Made by a program: the position numbers and the translations under genes. Below are positions 54,241-64,000 of a DNA stretch of 64,000 bases, in pieces; the first letter of the stretch is position 1, and the number at the start of each line of letters is the position of its first letter. The stretch is from Candidatus Oxydemutatoraceae bacterium. Lineage in GTDB: Bacteria; Pseudomonadota; Gammaproteobacteria; Poriferisulfidales; Oxydemutatoraceae. Below the pieces are notes generated by a model, which searched no databases, was not told the origin of the DNA, and saw only the letters and a program-made list of their open reading frames with translations. The DNA lies in contig OZ244779.1 of NCBI GenBank assembly GCA_965219575.1, positions 300,769-364,768 of the forward strand, written 5' to 3'.

Positions 54241-55344
54241 ATGAAAAGAAGAGACTTTATCAATAAAGCAACAGGGGCACTTTTGACGGCACCGCTCGTC
54301 GGGTGTAGTCGAAGCGAGCAAGCAGCGGATAAGCAACCCGGCGACAACAAAACATATCGGTGGAAGATGGTGACTTGTTGGCCCAAAAACTATCCGGGGC
54401 TGGGAACTGGTGCCGAGCGTATCGCCGAGAACATCAATAGAATGTCGAACGGTCGCTTACAGATTACGGTCTACGGTGCCGGTGAATTGGTTTCGGCGTT
54501 TGAGGTCTTCGACACGGTGCGCAGCGGCGCAGTTGCAATGGGACACTCCGCCGCATATTACTGGCAAGGCAAAAATCGCGCGTTCAATTTCTTCGGCTCG
54601 GTGCCGTTCGGTATGAACATCGCTGAAATGACCGCATGGTTGAACCATGGTGGAGGTCAAGAATTATGGAACGAAGGTTACGGCGAGTTCGGTTTGATGC
54701 CGATTGCGGCCGGTGGCACCGGGGCACAGATGGGTGGCTGGTTCAGTCGCGAGATCAATGGTATCGAAGACCTAAAAGGAATAAAAATAAGAATACCGGG
54801 ACTTGCCGGTCAAATTTATGCACAGTTGGGAATGGTTCCGATCAATTTACCGGGCGGTGAATTGTTCACCGCACTACAGACCGGAACACTCGATGCGGTC
54901 GAGTGGGCTACACCGTATAACGATTTAACTTTCGGCTTCTATAAAATTGCCGAATACTATTATTATCCGGGCTGGCAAGAACCGGGGGTTATGATCGAGT
55001 GTATACTCAACAAGGAGATGTTCATGGAATTGCCGGAAGATTTACAAGCTATCGTGCGTAATGCCTGCGCAGCCGAAAACATGCGCTTGTATACCCAATA
55101 TATGGCACTAAACCCCGACTCGCTAAAGATATTGCGGGATAAGCACGGTGTGCAGATGCGCAAATTTCCCGATTCGGTGCTAGATCGAATACGCGAAATT
55201 TCCGACGATGTATTACAAAAATTAGCCGCCGAAAGTGATTACGCACAACGGGTATATCGATCGTACAACGATTTTCTGGAAAAAATGAGGGAGTGGTCGC
55301 AGTATTCCGAGAAAATGGTATATGATATACGCAACACGAAATAA
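54241..55344 (+). CDS. dctP: TRAP transporter substrate-binding protein (TakP-like)
   Basis: KRRDF Tat signal, QMGGWF, YYPGWQEP. Confidence 0.9.
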   Translation: MKRRDFINKATGALLTAPLVGCSRSEQAADKQPGDNKTYRWKMVTCWPKNYPGLGTGAERIAENINRMSNGRLQITVYGAGELVSAFEVFDTVRSGAVAMGHSAAYYWQGKNRAFNFFGSVPFGMNIAEMTAWLNHGGGQELWNEGYGEFGLMPIAAGGTGAQMGGWFSREINGIEDLKGIKIRIPGLAGQIYAQLGMVPINLPGGELFTALQTGTLDAVEWATPYNDLTFGFYKIAEYYYYPGWQEPGVMIECILNKEMFMELPEDLQAIVRNACAAENMRLYTQYMALNPDSLKILRDKHGVQMRKFPDSVLDRIREISDDVLQKLAAESDYAQRVYRSYNDFLEKMREWSQYSEKMVYDIRNTK

Positions 55345-55378
55345 TGAAATAGCACCAAACAAATTACACGAGAGAAAA

Positions 55379-55666
55379 ATGGAAGTATTCGGTTATGACA
55401 TAGGAACTTTTACCTTTTTTGCATTTAGCTTTTTGGCGGCACTTTTTATTTTTCTATCCGCCATATTCGGTTGCAAAGAAGAGACCAACATGCATCGCTG
55501 GGTGCGAGGTGCCTTGGGATTCGCCTACCTGTTTGTGACCTTCGTTGCCTTCGTACAACTGGAGACTGCAGATTTTCAATATCAACAACAACTGCTGCCG
55601 TTCATAATGATGCTTGCGAGCAAAAGCGCGACTATCGGAAAGTTCTCCGACCCGAAACTTTTATAG
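55379..55666 (+). CDS. Small hypothetical membrane protein
   Basis: Two or three hydrophobic segments. Confidence 0.45.
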   Translation: MEVFGYDIGTFTFFAFSFLAALFIFLSAIFGCKEETNMHRWVRGALGFAYLFVTFVAFVQLETADFQYQQQLLPFIMMLASKSATIGKFSDPKLL

Positions 55667-55737
55667 CCTACAACATACCTCCTTTCTGGAGACGTGGCGA
55701 GTAAAGCATAACCGGATAGTGTTATTTTTGAGAAACT

Positions 55738-56721
55738 TTAAGCTGAGCCCTCTGGAGTATAGCGGCGGGCTGCGAATTTCAAATAAACCTTCGAAGCTAT
55801 AGCACAAGGTGGGGTAATAATTCGCAATTTAACACCGTGATATCTATATAATTTCCAGAAATCGTCTGCTATAAGTACTTGATTATTAGTAATTATTCTA
55901 GCAAAGGTTTGCTTATATGTGTTTGCCGTATCTGCGGTCAATAGGTAAGCCATGCCAGAAGTCGGTGCCTCGGCGGGAATAGCTATGTCGTAGTTCTCGT
56001 ATAAAGCCTGTTGGCTGGATCTAACGGGAAGACCTCCTACTTTGCAGTGCACATAGCTCGTTATTGGTAGTCCTGTTGTATTAATGAAGTCTCTGAACAA
56101 GTAATTAGCAATTTGCGACTGGCTTGAAAGCATCAGCCAATACCACTGTAATTTAGGAATAACAGTCCAATCTACAGAACAAGACGTGGGATTGGGTGGC
56201 AATAATTTTCTAAAGAATTTCATTTTTCTCAATTCGGGAAATAGAGAGCAATCTATTTCAGGAAATTCTTTAATTTTTTCCTGTATACTAAAATTCTTTT
56301 TCAGTATGGAACCCATAGCCGCAGATCGGCTGGACAACATGAGTATATCCCAAGATTTTTTTTGGGCTGCGCGTAATATCTCTGCAAAATCAGGTGATAT
56401 TTGAACATCGTCTTCTAACACACAAGCAGCAGAATGATTATGTTTCATCATTAATTTCTGAGCCTTTATATGGCTCAATGTGCACACAAATATTCCTATT
56501 TTGTTATTAATGTATTCACTATATTTAGTAATATATCCATCGATGTCCAACAAATCGAAAACTTCGGCTTGGTATTCTGGAGATTTCAAATCATAGCTGT
56601 CTATGGCATCTACGAATTGATAGTCCAAGTTCAACGCATCAAGTTGTCTTTGTACATGTAGTCTACGCTCGGGCGTGCGCTTGAGGCTTATTACATAAAT
56701 AGGATAAGGATTAATATGCAT
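55738..56721 (-). CDS. Glycosyltransferase family 25
   Basis: YVISL..RR, FVDAID, CTLSH, VLEDD. Confidence 0.85.
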   Translation of the reverse strand: MHINPYPIYVISLKRTPERRLHVQRQLDALNLDYQFVDAIDSYDLKSPEYQAEVFDLLDIDGYITKYSEYINNKIGIFVCTLSHIKAQKLMMKHNHSAACVLEDDVQISPDFAEILRAAQKKSWDILMLSSRSAAMGSILKKNFSIQEKIKEFPEIDCSLFPELRKMKFFRKLLPPNPTSCSVDWTVIPKLQWYWLMLSSQSQIANYLFRDFINTTGLPITSYVHCKVGGLPVRSSQQALYENYDIAIPAEAPTSGMAYLLTADTANTYKQTFARIITNNQVLIADDFWKLYRYHGVKLRIITPPCAIASKVYLKFAARRYTPEGSA

Positions 56722-56784
56722 GTCAGGGTTAACTTAAGCAGTAGTGGTCAAACTAAAATATAGCATGTGCCTTGCGTGCGCCTT

Positions 56785-58155
56785 TTAGTCTAGTAAAACC
56801 TTCGGTAGCCAAGTTGCCAATTCCGGCCACAGTGCCAGTATCGACAAGGCAAATAATTGTAATCCCACAAACGGAACGACCCCCTTATAAATTTGCTCGG
56901 TGCGTATTTCTCTTGTGATTACACCGCGTAAATAGAACAGTGAAAAGCCGAAAGGCGGGGTCATAAAGGAAGTCTGCAAATTGATTGCAATCATAATCGC
57001 AAGCCAGATAGGGTCTGCGCCCATAATAATTAAGGTGGGTGCCACCACCGGCACGACGACAAACATAATCTCTATGAAATCCAACACGAAACCCAGTATG
57101 AACATCGCCAACATGACGACGACCATCGTCACCAATAAATCGCCGGGGAGGGCAACCAGCATCTCGTGGATGAGGCGATCACCGTCCAGTCCTCTGAAAA
57201 CTAAAGAAAATATGGTGGCACCTATCAAGATCATAAAAACCATGCAACTGATTTTGATGGTCTCTCGGGTAATTTCTCTTAGCTTTGGTATAGAAAATTC
57301 GCGCCGTAGCACGGCGAGCAATACGGCACCAATTGCACCGACCGATGCCGCTTCGGTCGGTGTTGCCGCACCACTCAATATAGATCCCAAAACGACTAAA
57401 ATTAAAACCAACGGCAATAGCAATGTATAGAGTTGAGGTTTAGGTCGGCGTTGCGATCTTTCTTCGGTCGTGTCGACATCATAGTTCGGCATCGATTGCG
57501 GCCTTAAAAGACCTACCGCATAAATATAAATCACATAAAAAACCACGAGTAGTAATCCCGGCAACAAGGCACCGGCAAACAAATCACTCACCGAAACCGA
57601 ATCGGAGGCGAACAACCCTTGTTTATAATGCGCTTGCTGGTAGCTCGCCGAGATGACATCTCCCAGCATTACCAACATAATCGAGGGCGGAATAATCTGT
57701 CCGAGTGTTCCCGCTGCGCAAACCGTGCCACACGCCAAGCCGGGGTCGTATCTGCGCTTGAGCATGGCAGGCACCGATAGCAACCCCATCGTTGTTACGG
57801 TTGCGCCAACTATTCCGGTGCTCGCTGCCAACAGTGCGCCGACCAAGACGATGGAGACACCCAAGCCACTGCGCAACCGACGCATCGTATCGGCACTCGC
57901 CAGCAGTAATTCTTCGGCAAGTTTGGTCTTTTGTAAGGTTACACCCATAAAAACAAACATCGGAATTGCAATCAAGGTGCTATTCGTCAGAATACTAAAC
58001 AGCCTATTCGGCAATGCATGCAGGATGTTGACATCGAAAATACCCAAAGCGGTACAGATTGCGGCAAACAACAACGATACACCGGCAAGCGTAAAGGCAA
58101 CCGGATAACCTGCCAGTATCACTACGATAACGAGAAAAAATAATACTAATGCCAT
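56785..58155 (-). CDS. dctM: TRAP transporter large permease
   Basis: GTLGQIIPPS, TPTEA, TPPFG. Confidence 0.93.
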   Translation of the reverse strand: MALVLFFLVIVVILAGYPVAFTLAGVSLLFAAICTALGIFDVNILHALPNRLFSILTNSTLIAIPMFVFMGVTLQKTKLAEELLLASADTMRRLRSGLGVSIVLVGALLAASTGIVGATVTTMGLLSVPAMLKRRYDPGLACGTVCAAGTLGQIIPPSIMLVMLGDVISASYQQAHYKQGLFASDSVSVSDLFAGALLPGLLLVVFYVIYIYAVGLLRPQSMPNYDVDTTEERSQRRPKPQLYTLLLPLVLILVVLGSILSGAATPTEAASVGAIGAVLLAVLRREFSIPKLREITRETIKISCMVFMILIGATIFSLVFRGLDGDRLIHEMLVALPGDLLVTMVVVMLAMFILGFVLDFIEIMFVVVPVVAPTLIIMGADPIWLAIMIAINLQTSFMTPPFGFSLFYLRGVITREIRTEQIYKGVVPFVGLQLFALSILALWPELATWLPKVLLD

Positions 58156-58172
58156 CGTCGCCCGATTGATGC

Positions 58173-58676
58173 TTAGTCGCTGCCTCGCAAAACCAAATAA
58201 GCCTGACGTATGACCCAAATCATCCCTTGCCAAAAAAGTAGTACCGCCATCACCGGGATTAATGTTTTCAGTATGAAGATTAACGGCAGTCCGTCGGCTT
58301 CTTGTGATCTTTCCAAAAAATGCCAGGAGGTCGCAACATAGTCGATGCTGTAAGCAATAATTGTTATACAAGTCGGCAGCAGAAATAAAAGATCGCCGAT
58401 CAGATTGATCTTCATTTTAGTCTTTTCCTGCATCTTGCCGTAGAAGACATCGACGCGCACATGCCCGTCGAGGCGCATCGTATAACCCATGCATAGACAT
58501 AATATAAAGACATGTAGATAAACGACACCCTCCTGCATATCTACTCGGCCGTAATTAAAACCGTAGCGCAATACGACGATTGCAAAGGCAAGGCAAATCA
58601 TCGGTGGTAACAACCACATCGCAGCTTGTCCGACCCGTTTATTAACTTGGTCGAGATGGGTTAATAGCTTAGGCAT
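58173..58676 (-). CDS. dctQ: TRAP transporter small permease
   Basis: VVLRY, HVRVDVFY. Confidence 0.9.
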   Translation of the reverse strand: MPKLLTHLDQVNKRVGQAAMWLLPPMICLAFAIVVLRYGFNYGRVDMQEGVVYLHVFILCLCMGYTMRLDGHVRVDVFYGKMQEKTKMKINLIGDLLFLLPTCITIIAYSIDYVATSWHFLERSQEADGLPLIFILKTLIPVMAVLLFWQGMIWVIRQAYLVLRGSD

Positions 58677-58704
58677 TGCATAGATTATTCGGTGTATTGA
58701 GTGC

Positions 58705-59643
58705 CTAGCAGAGTTCGCAGTCCTCTTCCCTGCAAAGTAGCAGTATGTTCTTAAAAACATCCGGATCTTTGATGTGGGTGATAGCACCGTCTTTGGGAAA
58801 AAGTTTATCGCGCAGCCGCGACAACCAAAAACGTAGTGCCGCCCGACGCAGAATATTCTGCCATTCGTCTCTCTCGTGCGGCTCAAAAGGACGTCTCAGA
58901 TGATATGCGTTGATCAATGCCTCGTAGTGCGGGCGCAACAAATGTTGATCCGCCGAGCGGCACCAATCGTTAACCGCAACCGCAACATCGTACAAAAGTT
59001 TGGCATGACAGGCATAGTAAAAGTCTATCACGCCGCTTAATCGCTCGCCCTCGAACAATACATTGTCTTTGAATAGGTCGGCATGGACGGTGCCGGCAGG
59101 CAACGCATTCGATAACTGCTTGCTTTGATGTTTGATCTCATCGTTTAATAGCATTTTGTCCTCCTTATCCAATTTTGATTGTATTTTGTCGGATTGCATC
59201 TTGAACCAACCGATATCCCTAATGTTCTCGCTATGACCATCAAAGTTGTGCATTACCAAATGCATCTTTGCCAAAATATCACCGACCTGTTGACATTGTG
59301 CTACGCCGGGTGCTTTGATAGTGTGCCCCGGCAAGCGTGTAATCAGTGCCGCAGGTTTGCCCTTTAACTCGTGCAAAGTGCGACCTTGTCGGTCGGCAAT
59401 AGGGTGCGGACACGGCAAACCGGCATCCGCGACATGGCACATCAAATCGATAAAGTAAGGCAACTGATCTGCTTCCAACCACTCGAACAAGGTCAGCACA
59501 TAGTCTCCCCGCTTGGTGTCGACAAAATAATTGGTATTTTCTATGCCTTCGTCTATACCTCGGTATGAAAGCAGAGAACCTATTTCAAACCCCTGTATGA
59601 ACCGTCCCAACTCCTGTTCAGAAATAACCGTATAAACCGACAT
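58705..59643 (-). CDS. thrB: Homoserine kinase type II
   Basis: MSVYT, GIENTNY, HADLFKDN, IDFY, RFWLSRL. Confidence 0.92.
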   Translation of the reverse strand: MSVYTVISEQELGRFIQGFEIGSLLSYRGIDEGIENTNYFVDTKRGDYVLTLFEWLEADQLPYFIDLMCHVADAGLPCPHPIADRQGRTLHELKGKPAALITRLPGHTIKAPGVAQCQQVGDILAKMHLVMHNFDGHSENIRDIGWFKMQSDKIQSKLDKEDKMLLNDEIKHQSKQLSNALPAGTVHADLFKDNVLFEGERLSGVIDFYYACHAKLLYDVAVAVNDWCRSADQHLLRPHYEALINAYHLRRPFEPHERDEWQNILRRAALRFWLSRLRDKLFPKDGAITHIKDPDVFKNILLLCREEDCELC

Positions 59644-59899
59644 GCCGTATAGAAATCCAATATCAAAAAAGGATAATTATAAAGGATTATTATTCCTATA
59701 CATATAACTCGACTAAAAGCAAACTTTTATGATGAACCAAAGATACCTCTTTGAAGAAGAGGTTGATTTTCACAACAGAGATATGAATACTAAAAAAGAA
59801 TATGGTGGAATAGCATTAGAGTTTTGTAGATTGCCACCTGAATAATATCTACAGTGCTTAAAACTTTTGTCGTATGCGGCAACCTTTTGCCTATTGCCC

Positions 59900-59966
59900 T
59901 AAAAAGCAAAGGCCACTGCCGAAGCAGTGGCCTGCACCCGCCAAACCGAAGTCGGGCGGGGGGTTT
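59900..59966 (-). ncRNA. Candidate two-hairpin small RNA, copy A
   Basis: Two cUUCGg-capped stems and a U-rich tail; TTGATT-N16-TATAAT at 60000-59973. Confidence 0.55.
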
Positions 59967-60331
59967 ACCTGTATTATATGTATGACAAAAGAAAAATCAA
60001 TAGTCCTTGGAATATACAATCAAAATAGTAGTGTTATAAACTAAAATTCCGATATTAACGCCATTCTTTAGGGCAAAAAAACTCGCCTTGTTTATCTTTA
60101 AGTTTAAGAGGAAATTGAGCATTTTTAAGCCTTTCACTGGAAATTTTTCTTCTTAGAGAGGAATATTGGTGTAACTTTGACACCCAAAATTTGGCAGGTG
60201 TGATAAGTCCAATAGGTAATTTCAAAATCGTTTTTATATATTTTAACGGTTCGGTAAGATCCGAGTCGTTTGATAGAAGAATGGGAACATCGCATTCGTT
60301 CTTCAAACAATCTATCAACATAAAAGTTGAG

Positions 60332-61084
60332 GGTACTTGACTAGTTTAGGGAGTACGATTTGATAAAATAACTAGTAATGACAACACCTAACAGACATTT
60401 TAGAAGGGCACATATTTCAAACAGGAAAATAAGGCAAATTGTGAGGTATTTTGCCCTTGATCTGAGTGCAACCCAAATCGCACAAGCAGCCGGGGTCAAT
60501 AGAAATACCGCGAATAGATATGTCAATATAATCCGAGAAAGAATTGCACAACACTGCGAGCAGACGAGCCTATTCTCTGGCGAGGTAGAGTTCGATGAGT
60601 CCTACTTCGGTGGTCGCAAAAAGGGAGACAAAAGAGGTAGAGGTGCACCGAACAAAGTACCGGTATTCGGCATATTAAAAAGAGATGGGAAGGTCTATAC
60701 GCAGGTGATACGCAATGCTTCAAAGAGCGAGATACGACCTATTATCAAGCGTTTAGTGGGACACAGGAGTACTATATACACAGATAAATGGAGAGCTTAT
60801 GACGGGTTGGTGTTGAATGGATACAAACACTACCGCATCAATCATTCAAAGACACTGGGCAGTGGTACTAGACATATCAATGGCATTGAAAACTTCTGGG
60901 AATGGGCCAAAAGGAGATTAACAAAGTTCTGCGGCGTGTCGAGAAAACATTTCCACCTTCATCTAAAAGAATGCGAGTGGCGATTCAATCACAGACACCT
61001 TTCAGCCTCCCAAAAGTATGAGATGCTAATGAAGATGGTAAGGGATATTTGAGTGGGACTTTGTCCCTAAACTAGTCAAGTACC
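60332..61084. mobile_element. IS1595-family (IS1016-like) insertion sequence, 753 bp
   Basis: Perfect 21-bp TIR GGTACTTGACTAGTTTAGGGA; flanks AAGTTGAG and TAGTTGAG. Confidence 0.92.
60378..61052 (+). CDS. IS1595-family DDE transposase
   Basis: VEFDESY, IYTD, INGIENFW, ECEWRFN. Confidence 0.93.
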   Translation: MTTPNRHFRRAHISNRKIRQIVRYFALDLSATQIAQAAGVNRNTANRYVNIIRERIAQHCEQTSLFSGEVEFDESYFGGRKKGDKRGRGAPNKVPVFGILKRDGKVYTQVIRNASKSEIRPIIKRLVGHRSTIYTDKWRAYDGLVLNGYKHYRINHSKTLGSGTRHINGIENFWEWAKRRLTKFCGVSRKHFHLHLKECEWRFNHRHLSASQKYEMLMKMVRDI

Positions 61085-61461
61085 TAGTTGAGATATTAAC
61101 ATCCGAACCTTTCTCTTCAAATTTAGAAACTTTTACTATCTTTCTATATGAGGGGTTACCTTTTTCTAAAAGTTCACCTTTGACGGATCGTCTCTTAAAT
61201 GATCCAAAATGAATTTCTATTTCAGGGATTGTTCGTAAAGCTCCTAGATAAACATCCTGTCTTTGTCTTACACCGGGGTTACTGTCGTTGGGAATCACCT
61301 TTGCCGTAAAATAGCGTATTTTTGAAATTTTACAATCCTTAAAACTGAAAGACTGAATAAGTGCCTTTAAGTCTAGCCACTTATATTTCGTCTTTTTTAT
61401 ACTGTGATAAAGATTGAAACCATCTACATAGATAATATAATTTTTCAAATTAAACCTACCT

Positions 61462-61530
61462 TAAAAAGCACAAGCCACCGCCGAAGCAGTGGCTCTGCAC
61501 CCGCCAAACCGAAGTCGGACGGGGGGATTG
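61462..61530 (-). ncRNA. Candidate two-hairpin small RNA / NYN leader, copy B
   Basis: Same stems with covariation; TTGATT-N16-TATAAT at 61563-61536; RBS and NYN start follow directly. Confidence 0.6.
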
Positions 61531-61624
61531 CGTATATTATATGTAGGGTTGGAAAGAAATCAAGAATTTAAGCAGACGAAATTTGGTGGTGCTTGGCGGC
61601 TGGGGCTGTACCCTGGCCTTGATT

Positions 61625-61855
61625 TTATAGTTTAACTATTAAAGCTACAATTATTCCGACGGATGCAATGACTATTCCACCAACGGCATACATCTGCTTC
61701 ACTAGCCTAACTTCTAAGTTAGCTAGTTCTGTTTCCAAGTCTGCCTTCGTAGCCACCTCTTTTGAATCGGCAATATTGGCTACCGCTTCCTTTGCTTCGG
61801 CATCGGTGACACCGTCTACCTTTCTTAAAATATTGTACAGGGCTATATCAGTCAT
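61625..61855 (-). CDS. Small coiled-coil plus C-terminal TM protein (DUF1640-like)
   Basis: VATKADL motif and hydrophobic tail. Confidence 0.65.
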   Translation of the reverse strand: MTDIALYNILRKVDGVTDAEAKEAVANIADSKEVATKADLETELANLEVRLVKQMYAVGGIVIASVGIIVALIVKL

Positions 61856-61950
61856 ATCTTAATACCATTTGTTGCTTCAAAACCATACTATACATTAAAT
61901 GTATACGCAATTATCTACATAATTTATGTTCGCAGATACTCTGATACTTC

Positions 61951-62015
61951 CCCTAAAAAGCAAAGGCCACCGCCGAAGCAGTGGCCTGCACCCGCCAAAC
62001 CGAAGTCGGGCGGGG
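61951..62015 (-). repeat. Third copy (C) of the two-hairpin element, no promoter seen
   Basis: Near-identical to 59897-59961. Confidence 0.8.
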
Positions 62016-62202
62016 ACATCTGCAGACCCTTAGCAACCACCCCGTGGAAAGGCTTTACATTTTGTACTACGTTAAAGTTATGCACAACGTTACGCCACTT
62101 GTGCTACTGCAACAAGTGGCGGTTCCACTCGGCGGTTCTGTTGCGCCTGCCACCCCTTCAGAGGAGGGGAATGTACTGACACTTTACTTGTGCAGATACG
62201 AC

Positions 62203-62460
62203 GTGGCTGTTGAAAAAGTATTTCATAGAGTGGTAGGGGCGGACTTATATGTCCGCCCGTAACGGGTTGCGCCTGCATGATTTATACATTCATTCATCCA
62301 ATTTATGGAAACCAAAACTAAATGGCGCAAGCGGTTACGGCTGTGCAGAACGGCACTTAAGGGCAGACACACAGGTCTGCCCCTACGGCTTGGTGGTTAT
62401 TACAAATTCACGGCGCAAGCGGTTACGGTTGCACGCTGACGATACTTTTTCAACAGCCCG
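62203..62460. mobile_element. MITE-like element with REP doublet, flanking repeat ACGAC
   Basis: TIRs; ACGAC at 62198-62202 and 62461-62465. Confidence 0.8.
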
Positions 62461-62499
62461 ACGACGCAACTACTCCGTCAGGCTGCGTCTGTGTGCGGG

Positions 62500-62919
62500 T
62501 TAGCGGCCGCGTTTGCGGAGGCGTTCTATCATGCGAAGTTGGGCAGCCACTTCGGCAAGTTCGGTCATCGCTTTGGCAGTTTCTATATCGGTGAGTTGGC
62601 TTTGTAGCAGTTCTTCGGCACGTTGTTTGGCTTCCAGTGCTCTGGCTTCGTCCAGATCCTCGCCACGCAGAGCGGTGTCGGTTAGGACGGTGACCATGTG
62701 CGGTTGCACTTCTATCACGCCGCCGGAGACATAGAAGTGGCGGTCATCTTGACCTTCCATGCGCACCCGCACTTCGCCGGGGCGTAGGGTCGATAGAAAG
62801 GGTGCATGTTGCGGATAGATGCCGACTTCGCCCAGTTCGGCTTCGGCAAAAACCGCATTGACTTCGCCGTTGAAGATTTCCTCTTCGGCACTAACAATAT
62901 AAGTACGTATGGTGTTCAT
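62500..62919 (-). CDS. atpC: ATP synthase epsilon subunit
   Basis: GEVGIYPQHAP, VSGGVIEVQP. Confidence 0.95.
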   Translation of the reverse strand: MNTIRTYIVSAEEEIFNGEVNAVFAEAELGEVGIYPQHAPFLSTLRPGEVRVRMEGQDDRHFYVSGGVIEVQPHMVTVLTDTALRGEDLDEARALEAKQRAEELLQSQLTDIETAKAMTELAEVAAQLRMIERLRKRGR

Positions 62920-62940
62920 CTGTGGCGGCGTAGGGTTGGC

Positions 62941-64000
<1,060 letters not shown>

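Larger units (their letters stand above)
60055..61448 (-). pseudogene. NYN-domain (PIN-like) ribonuclease interrupted by IS
   Basis: YVDGFN, EEKGSD and SNDSD; removing the IS and one TSD restores a 210-aa frame. Confidence 0.88.

Noticed and set aside
59729-59843. Short ATG-started ORF upstream of thrB
   Set aside because: No recognisable motif or supporting context.
60332-61084. This IS as the helper for the tnpB element
   Set aside because: Its terminal sequences differ; only a short GGTA(A)CTTGAC word is shared, at a different position.

Overview
Chromosomal window from a gammaproteobacterium, probably host-associated (inferred from the Ysc-type T3SS, dense intergenic repeats and scattered glycosyltransferases). 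It spans the likely replication origin (dnaA-dnaN, a DnaA box, two parS sites). Core content: the end of a T3SS cluster (sctK-L-chaperone-N-O-P) with an embedded RsbU-RsbW fusion, cytochrome c4/dsbA, cca/uppP/folate genes, dprA, an aa3 cytochrome oxidase cluster interrupted by a two-methylase R-M-like cassette and a tnpB element, gmd/fcl, glnK-amtB, a serine-cycle-like operon, hslVU, ubiEJB, uvrD, a TRAP transporter, thrB and atpDC. The three strongest candidate novelties are: (1) a tnpB gene bounded by terminal inverted repeats and an 8-bp target duplication, as in DDE IS1595-family elements rather than IS200/IS605; (2) two otherwise divergent secreted proteins ending in the identical peptide IRSKVFLEGPLQ, with only synonymous DNA differences; (3) a small two-hairpin (cUUCGg) RNA in three copies, two with promoters, around an IS-disrupted NYN ribonuclease, resembling an RNA-antitoxin module. 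All calls come from reading the sequence by eye; no searches were run.
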